Shown here: positions 1 to 6,924 of the stretch, piece after piece | How positions within the stretch are numbered: the stretch's first letter is position 1 | How the letters are laid out: each line of letters begins with the position of its first letter | Assembly: GCA_043767805.1 (NCBI GenBank) | Contig: JAYUGC010000051.1 | Location: 1-15,530, forward strand | Reading direction: 5' to 3' | Origin: Pseudomonadota bacterium | GTDB taxonomy: Bacteria; Bdellovibrionota; FAC87; UBA2466 | Length of the DNA stretch: 15,530 nt | Position numbers and translations under genes: made by a program | Notes under the pieces: model-generated | The model's input: only the letters and a program-made list of their open reading frames with translations | Databases searched by the model: none | What the model was told of the DNA's origin: nothing

Positions 1-472
1 CCTCGCGTCGATCATTGCGGGCTTCAATCAGTTCGCGGCGTCTCCCGGCTTCAAGGATAAGGAGATCCGGGATCTCTTCATCGGTGAGGTAACGGAGTCC
101 ATGAAGCGGCTCAGCGAGCAGGACGTGCAGGATGCGAAATCCGAGCTCTCCAATGCGGCGGCGGCGTTCTTCGAGCCGCTTTGGGTGAAGGTAAACGGAC
201 GTAAGACACTCACCGATTACCCGGAAGTGCAAAGTGTGGCCTCACGGTTGATTCAGACGGTGCGGGCGAAGACGTTCGAGCCTCTGCGCGTGCACAAGGC
301 GCTCACTGTCGCTTACCAGGTGCTCAGACCGCTGGAGCCCGAGCCAAAAGCCATTTTCAAGCAGACGGTCGGGCCCGCGCTTCGAGCCATGACGGCTCGG
401 CAAAAAGAAGACTTGATGGGATGGCTACAAGAGCCCTCCGACAAAGCGTTCTTCATGGAGCTCGTCCAGTAG
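1..472 (+). CDS. Hypothetical protein, 5'-partial (extends beyond window start)
   Basis: The frame of ORF 101..472 is open back to position 2 (LASIIAGFNQFAASPGFKDKEIRDLFIGEVTES-MKRL...). Helical-looking sequence with GC-biased third codon positions; TAG at 470-472. Confidence 0.75.
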   Translation, partial: LASIIAGFNQFAASPGFKDKEIRDLFIGEVTESMKRLSEQDVQDAKSELSNAAAAFFEPLWVKVNGRKTLTDYPEVQSVASRLIQTVRAKTFEPLRVHKALTVAYQVLRPLEPEPKAIFKQTVGPALRAMTARQKEDLMGWLQEPSDKAFFMELVQ

Positions 473-489
473 CTCGCCCGTTTGTTTTA

Positions 490-1752
490 TTATTTCTTGA
501 TCCGCGCGGTCGCCTTACGCGTTCCCGCGATCGCGATGCGGGCCGCCCAGCCGACCGCGAGCAAAAGGGCCACGATGAGCCAGGCGTGCCCGTCTTGGAG
601 CATGCCGAGCCAGTTAATCTGTCGACGAGAAACCGGCTTCAACTGGGTGCGGATGGAGTTCGCACCCCCCTTTTCGCCACCGACGCTCGCAAGACCGCGC
701 TGGGCGCCGCCTTTCGTCGCGCCGCCGGCGGGAGCATTGGCGCTGCCGAAAACCACCGTGGCGTTTCCGTTTGCGATAACCATGCGCTTGCCCGCGCGCG
801 GCTTGCTGCCCGGAACCCATTCCTCGTTGTCATTTTCGCCGCCCGTCAAATCTTCCCGGATGATACCGAAGCCGCCGCCCGCCGCCGAGCCAAGCTTGCC
901 CAAAGTGGTTCCCCCAGCGAGATTGCCGCCGGCTCCGGCCGGAAGCCCGTTGGCCTGAGGCGCGCCGCCCCCTAAGCCGCCCATGCCGCCAAGCCCGGTG
1001 CTCTTAACTAAAGCGTTCGCCGCGATGATTTTCGGGGAGATCTCCGCCGCGAGGAGCGGCCGCATTTCTTTCAACTGCTCGAGGAGCTCGGGCCGCGCGG
1101 ACACAAGCTTTTCGACGTCGGCCGAGCCGCCTTTGGCCAAGACTTCCTTGGAAACGTCCGCGAGACCGGTGATTTTCAAGTTGCCTCCTCCAGTTCCGGC
1201 CGCACCCTCGGTGCCTCCCAGTGCGCCAAGCGCGCCGCCGCCCGCTCCCGCCTGACCTTCCGCCGCGCCGGGTTTTGAGCCGTCCGCGCCGTCTTTATGT
1301 CCGTCGCCGTCGGCGCCCCTTTGCGCCGCCATACCCGCGGGTCCCGTGACTTTATATCCGACGGAAAGCTGGGCGCCGTGAAAGGAGCAGGTGATTTTAT
1401 TCTTGGTCAAATCTTCGGCGTTAAATTTTTTCACCGCATCGGCCGCATTCGGTTCCTGAGGTGGAAGGTCTTCGGCATTGTTGCCGGTGAACTTCATGTC
1501 GTGCGGGGCATCGGAAAGGTTGCGAAAAACGACTTCCTTTCCCTTCACGAACTCCATGAGGTTCACTGTATCGCCTTCGCCGGAAGTTCCCGAGACACAG
1601 CCGCTAACGTTGGGTGTGATGGATAAACAGTACTGACCGGCACTGCCCACCTGGTACAGGACTACTTGGTTTACCGTGTCGCCCTCCGCGTGGCCTACCC
1701 CATTAAAAAAAGTAAGACCGAACAGCGTACCCATCATTAGTTTGGTTTTCAT
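490..1752 (-). CDS. Exported cupredoxin-like domain protein with Gly/Ala-rich linker and C-terminal membrane anchor
   Basis: Signal peptide (MKTKLMMGTLFGLTFFNGVGHA). Cupredoxin-type motifs VVFRNLSDAPHD (His84) and TCSFHGAQL (Cys122, His125). Long Gly-rich region, then hydrophobic WLIVALLLAVGWAA followed by a basic tail. ATG overlaps the upstream stop (ATGA, 1749-1752). Confidence 0.8.
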   Translation of the reverse strand: MKTKLMMGTLFGLTFFNGVGHAEGDTVNQVVLYQVGSAGQYCLSITPNVSGCVSGTSGEGDTVNLMEFVKGKEVVFRNLSDAPHDMKFTGNNAEDLPPQEPNAADAVKKFNAEDLTKNKITCSFHGAQLSVGYKVTGPAGMAAQRGADGDGHKDGADGSKPGAAEGQAGAGGGALGALGGTEGAAGTGGGNLKITGLADVSKEVLAKGGSADVEKLVSARPELLEQLKEMRPLLAAEISPKIIAANALVKSTGLGGMGGLGGGAPQANGLPAGAGGNLAGGTTLGKLGSAAGGGFGIIREDLTGGENDNEEWVPGSKPRAGKRMVIANGNATVVFGSANAPAGGATKGGAQRGLASVGGEKGGANSIRTQLKPVSRRQINWLGMLQDGHAWLIVALLLAVGWAARIAIAGTRKATARIKK

Positions 1753-2789
1753 GGTTTTTCCCCGGGGAGGACGGGCGCCGTGATGGGCTCGTCCTTACTG
1801 CTCAATGTTTCTAGAAATGAAATCAGGTCGTCCTTATCGCCTTTGGAAAGCGATAAGGGTTTCAAAAACAGTTTTGTCATCGGGCGAGCGATGGTGCCGC
1901 CGGCGCTATAATTTTCGAGTACGGCGTCCAGTGTCGTAAGGGAACCGTCATGCATGTAAGGAGCGCGCCGGACTATGTTGCGCAAGGTGGGTACCTTGAA
2001 AGCGAAGGCCAACGCTTTGTTGCTATCGATCTTTCCACGGCCTTCATCCGGCGAGCGAAGTCCGATGTCGGCGAAGCTTCCATTCGTGAAGTTCCAGCCG
2101 TTGTGGCATTTAACGCAGTTGGCTTGACCGTTAAAGAGAACAAATCCTCGCTTCGCGCTGTCTCCGATGGCGCTCTCTTCGCCTTCAACCCATCGATCAA
2201 AAGGCGCTACGTCCGAGACCACGGTGCGCTCAAACGTCGCGATCGCTTTCGCAATGGTGGAACCCGATAGCGGCTCTCCGGGAAACACTGATTTAAACTG
2301 ACTGCGATAGCCGTCGATGGATCCCAGTAAAGAAACGAGCTTCGGAAGTTCCATGTTCATTTCGTTCGGCGACTGAATGGGGCCTAGCGCCTGCGCCTCG
2401 ATGGAGTTGGCCCGTCCGTCCCAGAAGAAACTCGTTCCCCAGGCCATGTTCAATATAGTGGGCGATTTTCGATCCAAGATTTTATTGCCATGCCCAAGCG
2501 CGCGGGGGCGGCCATCGGTCCAGCTGTGCTCGGAGTTATGGCAGCTCGCGCACGACATCGTGCCTGAGCCCGAGAGCCGCGGATCAAAGTAGAGCTGCTT
2601 GCCCAGCTGATACTTAGCTTCGGAGAAAAGATTCGAGCTCGGAAAGGGAATTTGTTCCGGTCTGCGGAAGGCGTCCTTCAAGGAAGCCAAATCGCGCGAC
2701 GGAGCCGCGCCGCCCGTTTTCTCCTTAAGGAGAAAAGCGCCGCCGCACAGAGCGATCAGTAGAAAGAGATGTTTGGCGAACCGAAACAA
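1749..2789 (-). CDS. Di-heme cytochrome c peroxidase/MauG-family protein (His/Tyr type)
   Basis: Two CxxCH motifs (CASCH 2538-2552, CVKCH 2103-2117), plus FDPRLS, FFWDGR, QALGP..PNEM, FKVPTLRN and PYMHDG. Start reassigned from 2972 to TTG at 2789: GGAGG lies 8 nt upstream and an N-terminal signal/anchor MFRFAKHLFLLIALCGGAFLL follows. Confidence 0.93.
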   Translation of the reverse strand: MFRFAKHLFLLIALCGGAFLLKEKTGGAAPSRDLASLKDAFRRPEQIPFPSSNLFSEAKYQLGKQLYFDPRLSGSGTMSCASCHNSEHSWTDGRPRALGHGNKILDRKSPTILNMAWGTSFFWDGRANSIEAQALGPIQSPNEMNMELPKLVSLLGSIDGYRSQFKSVFPGEPLSGSTIAKAIATFERTVVSDVAPFDRWVEGEESAIGDSAKRGFVLFNGQANCVKCHNGWNFTNGSFADIGLRSPDEGRGKIDSNKALAFAFKVPTLRNIVRRAPYMHDGSLTTLDAVLENYSAGGTIARPMTKLFLKPLSLSKGDKDDLISFLETLSSKDEPITAPVLPGEKP

Positions 2790-2852
2790 GGCTGATGCCT
2801 CCGTCTTAAGTCGTAAATCAGGCTGCGAACGAAACGATTCAAAGGCCTTTAG

Positions 2853-2868
2853 TGCAAGGCGAGGACCA
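2853..2868 (-). promoter_or_regulatory. sigma54 (-24/-12) promoter for the peroxidase-cupredoxin operon
   Basis: Minus strand TGGTCCTCGCCTTGCA has GG-N10-GC with TTGCA, about 65 nt upstream of the TTG start at 2789. Confidence 0.6.
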
Positions 2869-3096
2869 GTCAGGCGTGGCGTGATCCGTGCGTAAAACGG
2901 GCGAAGACAATCAGTGGGGCCCCAAAAATCGTCGACGGATTGAACGCGGGGGCAGGCTGGAAAGTGAGGCAAGGTATTCTAGGGATGGAGGGAATTCCAG
3001 GATCGTCGAGAAGGTGACACCCGCTAATATTCCGTACGCCCTGTATACAATCTAGAGAGGCTTCACCGAGCTAAGCTATAATTTTCCTTCCGTATT

Positions 3097-3125
3097 CCGC
3101 CAGTATAGGGGGTGCATACTGACGG
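3097..3125. promoter_or_regulatory. Inverted repeat, candidate operator
   Basis: CCGCCAGTAT-AGGGGGTGC-ATACTGACGG, arms matching 9/10; the right arm overlaps the -24 GG of the next promoter. Confidence 0.4.
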
Positions 3126-3138
3126 CCCCGTGTTTGCA
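3123..3138 (+). promoter_or_regulatory. sigma54 (-24/-12) promoter for CDS 3189
   Basis: CGGCCCCGTGTTTGCA has GG-N10-GC with TTGCA, 50 nt upstream of ATG 3189. Confidence 0.5.
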
Positions 3139-3188
3139 CTAGTAGCTTGATAAGTAGAATTCGAAGGGTCGAATAGGGGGTTAACCAC

Positions 3189-4190
3189 ATGCGTATTCAA
3201 TTAATCGGCTTTCTCATAGGAATGCAGGCCTTGGCGGTGAATAGTTTCGCCGGCGGCCACAGAAACACTTTAGGACGAGGCGCTGCGAGCGCTAGAGCCG
3301 AATCTGCTTCCTCGGAGTCTCTGGCTCCTAAAGGAAACGCTCCGGGCAGTGAACGCGACGACGCGGGCTCCGCTAACAACGTCGCCACTCAACCGGCTTC
3401 CAAGGATGTCGGCAGCCGCGCGGATGACGGCGCGCCCATGGCGCAGAAGGGCCAGTCCGTACTCACTATTTCGAATAGGGTTAATCAGCAAACCGCTGCT
3501 GTCGGCGCGGAAGTCTGTTTTTCTGACGAGAACGGTAACCCGGTAACCGCGGCACAAATCGCGTCCGGAGCCATGGAGGGAAAGACTCTAACCGCTATCG
3601 GAACAGGCGTCGGCATGCCGATCCAATGCGTAGTCGCCAGCAAGTCTGAAACGGCCGACGTCGCCAATCGTTCAGTCAACCCGACGATACCGTCGGTGAG
3701 TCTCGCCAAAGCGCTTCCCGGCGAACAACCGTTTGGTTGTAAGCCGACGGTAACCACGGATCTCGCGGCCTTTGGTGTTTCCGATTCCAATACGAAATAT
3801 TACTATCTCCCGCCCGGGGACCTGGAGAATCTCGAAAAAGGAAAAGGGGGAGCCGTAATGCCTCTAGTCCTTTTCAAAGTCGGCGGAGCGTCGGGCAATC
3901 AGGCCGATGCTAACGAGACTCAGGTGGCTTCCAACGACAACGTGGAGAAACAGAATTACATCGCCCAAAACGGACGTCCGGACTCGGCGCGCGGCATGAA
4001 GAGCCGTGGACGGGGAGCCGCAGTTGGCGGCCGGATGCCCGCCATGGCCTCTAACGGCACGCCCGGCACGTCGAATCCTAATAAAAACCGTTGCGCCAAT
4101 ATCATCGGTGGTGGCGGCGGTGGCGGCCAGGGTGGCAATAATCAGAGCGCGCCCGGCGGCGCCGAGAAACAAGGCCCGCGGAAGATCTGA
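3189..4190 (+). CDS. Secreted hypothetical protein with low-complexity ends and four Cys
   Basis: Signal peptide MRIQLIGFLIGMQALAVNSFA, G-rich SD (AGGGGG) upstream, a beta-rich central region with 3 Cys plus one C-terminal Cys, and a Gly-rich tail. Followed by a terminator. Confidence 0.8.
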   Translation: MRIQLIGFLIGMQALAVNSFAGGHRNTLGRGAASARAESASSESLAPKGNAPGSERDDAGSANNVATQPASKDVGSRADDGAPMAQKGQSVLTISNRVNQQTAAVGAEVCFSDENGNPVTAAQIASGAMEGKTLTAIGTGVGMPIQCVVASKSETADVANRSVNPTIPSVSLAKALPGEQPFGCKPTVTTDLAAFGVSDSNTKYYYLPPGDLENLEKGKGGAVMPLVLFKVGGASGNQADANETQVASNDNVEKQNYIAQNGRPDSARGMKSRGRGAAVGGRMPAMASNGTPGTSNPNKNRCANIIGGGGGGGQGGNNQSAPGGAEKQGPRKI

Positions 4191-4218
4191 GCCATTCCTA
4201 ACTTCGAATTCGCTTCTA

Positions 4219-4258
4219 GCGGGGAGAGGTCTTCGGATCTCTCCCCGTTTTGCGTTTT
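4219..4258 (+). terminator. Rho-independent terminator
   Basis: Stem CGGGGAGAGGTC / GATCTCTCCCCG closed by a cUUCGg tetraloop, followed by TTTTGCGTTTT. Confidence 0.85.
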
Positions 4259-4348
4259 GGTGAGCCTACTCAGGCTTTTCGCGTTGCTAACGCTTGGGTT
4301 TATCGCTCGGAGCGCTTATGGCGGCGATATGAGCGCGCCCGCGAATAA

Positions 4349-5872
4349 TCATAAGCTGATAGCGAGCCGGCCCGCCGTATAGTCACGATTGATCTTGCCG
4401 GCGATATTCTTCAAGTCGCGGCGGTACTGCACGGAAATATCGAACATCCCGGTGAAGTAGCCGAGTCGACCTCCGACTGAGAGCTGATCTCCCGGATCGC
4501 TTACCCGATCGTCGGTCTGCAAAACTCCCATTTCGGCCGCGGCGTACCAGTACTGCCCGAACTTCTGGCGCAGCTCTCCGTAGAGTCCTCCCCGCTGAAA
4601 GGAAGCGAGGGCCGACGTCGTGGGCAGATCCACCGAGAAATATACGTACCCGATTTTAAGCTGGGTCGTCGGCGTAGGACGCAAGCGGGCATGAGCGCCC
4701 ACGATGTTCAGCCGATTGGTGGGCGCGGGGTTCGTCGTCCAGGCGCCGGTATGAAAGGAGAAGACCAGCGACAGCATCTGAAAGAAGTCCGTCTGGAAGC
4801 GAAAGCCGATGGCCTTATCCCCGTTGTTGTCGGGCGCTCCTACGCTGCCGAAGTTGGGATAGCTGCTCGACGGCAGGACAGGATCGACGCCGCCCGCTCC
4901 AAAGCCGTTCACGACGTAAACGTGCATCAAAGCCGTGAGGTTACTCAAATTGAGAAGCTTGTACCGAAAGCCCAAGCCGAGGTCCGCCCAGATGTCCGGC
5001 AGAAAGGCGGCCGCTCCCGGCTGCGCCGTCCGCGAGTTGTTGATGTAGCCGCCGAAGCGATTGTGCGGGTTCATGTCGTCGAAAGGCACGATAATGCGGC
5101 CCGCGTAGAAGCCCAGCCGCTCGGTGATGTCGTAATCGAGCTGGTAGAAGCGGGGCGTGGGGCTCAAGTCGAAGCTGAACTGGAGGCCCGGTTTCGGGAT
5201 GAAATCGACGAGGACGAAGGTGTGGTAGTTGTCGAAAGTGAAATTGCTGATGCCCGGCCGGTTGGTCAAAAGCAAATCGAAATAGATTTTGAACTGCGCG
5301 CCGCTAGTCGCCGCCGCCCCCGCACTTCCGCCGAGGGAAGGGGCGGGGGACGCGCTCGTGTTGAGCGAGTTGAGATCCACCGCGCCACCGCTCGAATCGG
5401 CGGGAGGGGAATCAAGGGTAGTCGCCGACGAAGGTCGATCGCGGGTGCCGAGATAACTCCAAGTATCGCCGTAATCGGCCGTGAAGAAAATCTGGGAACG
5501 GCCGCTTTCCGCCCCAACCATCAAGAACAGGTTTCCCGGTTTTTTCTTCGACGGAAGAATTTTCAAGAGCTCCAGGTTCTTCGGGTCCGTTCCCCTGAGC
5601 CGCTGATACGTGCGGCGCGTGAACTTCACGTTCCATTGCTGGCTGCTTTGGAGCCCGGAATTAAACTGAAGGCTGTCGCTCGCCAGGGCCCAGGCCTGAT
5701 TCGAATCGAAAGGATCCACCGACCACTGAATGACCTTGGCCACCCCTTTGGGCTGGAAGTTCATCGCGGGGGCTTCGTCCGCGCGTGCGTACCCGGTCAA
5801 ACCCAATACCAGTGCGATGGTAGCGATGAGTTTCAAAAGGCGTTTCCCCCTGGAATTGCTTATTTTTATCAC
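4349..5872 (-). CDS. Outer-membrane beta-barrel (porin-like) with N-terminal Asp-box/BNR-containing segment
   Basis: Signal peptide ending YARA. TADYGDTW Asp-box, then a Ser/Pro/Gly linker, then amphipathic aromatic-rich strands with YVVNG and DNNGDKAIGFR motifs and a terminal strand YTAGRLAISL. Confidence 0.8.
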   Translation of the reverse strand: MIKISNSRGKRLLKLIATIALVLGLTGYARADEAPAMNFQPKGVAKVIQWSVDPFDSNQAWALASDSLQFNSGLQSSQQWNVKFTRRTYQRLRGTDPKNLELLKILPSKKKPGNLFLMVGAESGRSQIFFTADYGDTWSYLGTRDRPSSATTLDSPPADSSGGAVDLNSLNTSASPAPSLGGSAGAAATSGAQFKIYFDLLLTNRPGISNFTFDNYHTFVLVDFIPKPGLQFSFDLSPTPRFYQLDYDITERLGFYAGRIIVPFDDMNPHNRFGGYINNSRTAQPGAAAFLPDIWADLGLGFRYKLLNLSNLTALMHVYVVNGFGAGGVDPVLPSSSYPNFGSVGAPDNNGDKAIGFRFQTDFFQMLSLVFSFHTGAWTTNPAPTNRLNIVGAHARLRPTPTTQLKIGYVYFSVDLPTTSALASFQRGGLYGELRQKFGQYWYAAAEMGVLQTDDRVSDPGDQLSVGGRLGYFTGMFDISVQYRRDLKNIAGKINRDYTAGRLAISL

Positions 5873-5956
5873 AGTCCGGCGGCGACGGCATCGGGAAAGG
5901 CAAGAAGTGACGCGGGGGGACGCGGGAGAAATCGTCGATAAACCGAAAAGAAGAAG

Positions 5957-6298
5957 GTGAACGTCCTTTCGCTAATTGGGATCGTGGGCTGGCTTTGGGC
6001 GTTTCCGGCCCAGGCGAGCTACCGCGTCTATCAATTGAAAGTGACCGAGTACGATCGCGCCGGCAGAAAACTCTTCGCGCGGCTCGAGCTCTCGTCTCTC
6101 GATCACGTGCAATGGGAGCATATCCACAACGGCTACGGCACCGCGAAGGTCGAGTTTCTCGACACGTGGTACTGCCCCGGGGATACCAGCCGGCGCCACT
6201 ACTGCCCGAAGCCGAAAAACGTGAAGACGCGCGGCCCCGCCTCGACGCTAGAAAAGCGCAATGCGATACCGTTCAATCGCCAGCCCGTCATTCCGTAA
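5957..6298 (+). CDS. Small secreted hypothetical protein with two Cys
   Basis: GTG start after AAGAAG. Signal peptide ending AQA. Motif YRVYQLK...SSLD...DTWYCPGDT...YCPKP resembles small proteins I associate with Bdellovibrionota (recalled, not searched). Confidence 0.75.
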   Translation: MNVLSLIGIVGWLWAFPAQASYRVYQLKVTEYDRAGRKLFARLELSSLDHVQWEHIHNGYGTAKVEFLDTWYCPGDTSRRHYCPKPKNVKTRGPASTLEKRNAIPFNRQPVIP

Positions 6299-6306
6299 AG
6301 GTAGCT

Positions 6307-6591
6307 TTAATTTTTCTTCTTGCCGGTGATGGAGCTGAGTTCGTCGAGCATGGCGTGCAGCTTGTGGTGCAGTACGCTCAGACGATCTAAATTTTCTTGG
6401 ATTTGTTTTACGGCGGGAGTGTCCCTGGTGGAGTCCCGCTGTTCGCCCGCGTTCTTTGAAACGCGAACCGTTTGAGTGTCCTCAGGAACAAGGACAGGAG
6501 CCTCTTCACGAACCTTGGTGTTTTCTTTCAAAAGCTTCGCAATGTCGACGTACACAAAAGCAAAACCTTGAGAGCGATCCCGCTGCGCCAT
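6307..6591 (-). CDS. Small hypothetical protein with C-terminal coiled-coil
   Basis: GGAGG SD (6601-6605) before the ATG. Heptad-like C-terminus IQENLDRLSVLHHKLHAMLDEL. Own sigma54 motif upstream. Confidence 0.75.
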   Translation of the reverse strand: MAQRDRSQGFAFVYVDIAKLLKENTKVREEAPVLVPEDTQTVRVSKNAGEQRDSTRDTPAVKQIQENLDRLSVLHHKLHAMLDELSSITGKKKN

Positions 6592-6737
6592 TTCTAAAAA
6601 CCTCCGCTACTAGCACTATCCACATTCCAGTCTTTTGGACTGGGTCCACTTCCACATCAGCACGGGCCTCTTACGTTCCCCCCAGCTCTCTTAAAGGACG
6701 AGGTGCCGGGCGCATTGGCCTTCCGGGATGAAGAAAG

Positions 6738-6753
6738 AGCAACAAATATGCCA
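6738..6753 (-). promoter_or_regulatory. sigma54 (-24/-12) promoter for CDS 6591
   Basis: Minus strand TGGCATATTTGTTGCT is a near-consensus TGGCA-N6-TTGCW. Confidence 0.75.
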
Positions 6754-6924
6754 TATTCTTAAAGAATTCAGGGGAGGCAAAAATCCTTCGAAACTCCGAC
6801 ACCTAGCTCGGTTGGGCCCGGCGGGTCTCCGAAAGGGTGACAATTCTGGGTAGGCGGGGGAGCCAATTGGAGCCGAAAAAGAGCCATCAAGGGCGGGCTC
6901 CGAAAGACCGATGTTCGTTAGGCA

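Noticed and set aside
421..1626. Several plus-strand ORFs (421..975, 482..958, 983..1255, 1297..1626)
   Set aside because: Antisense to the Gly-rich CDS 490..1752; their Pro/Ala richness mirrors its Gly codons.
2790..2972. N-terminal extension of the peroxidase ORF (track start 2972)
   Set aside because: The SD plus TTG at 2789, the signal segment right after it and a sigma54 motif within the extension all indicate a later start.
3134..3160. sigma70 promoter TTGCAC...TAGAAT
   Set aside because: The spacer is only 15 nt and TTGCA is better explained as a sigma54 -12 element; not fully excluded.
4691..5941. 416-aa plus-strand ORF
   Set aside because: Antisense shadow of the GC-rich barrel gene, with no recognisable motifs.
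6771..6860. Possible c-di-GMP-I riboswitch (GGCAAA...GAAA)
   Set aside because: The P2 stem and GACGCAAA/receptor elements are not present. The same applies to GGCAAA at 14389.
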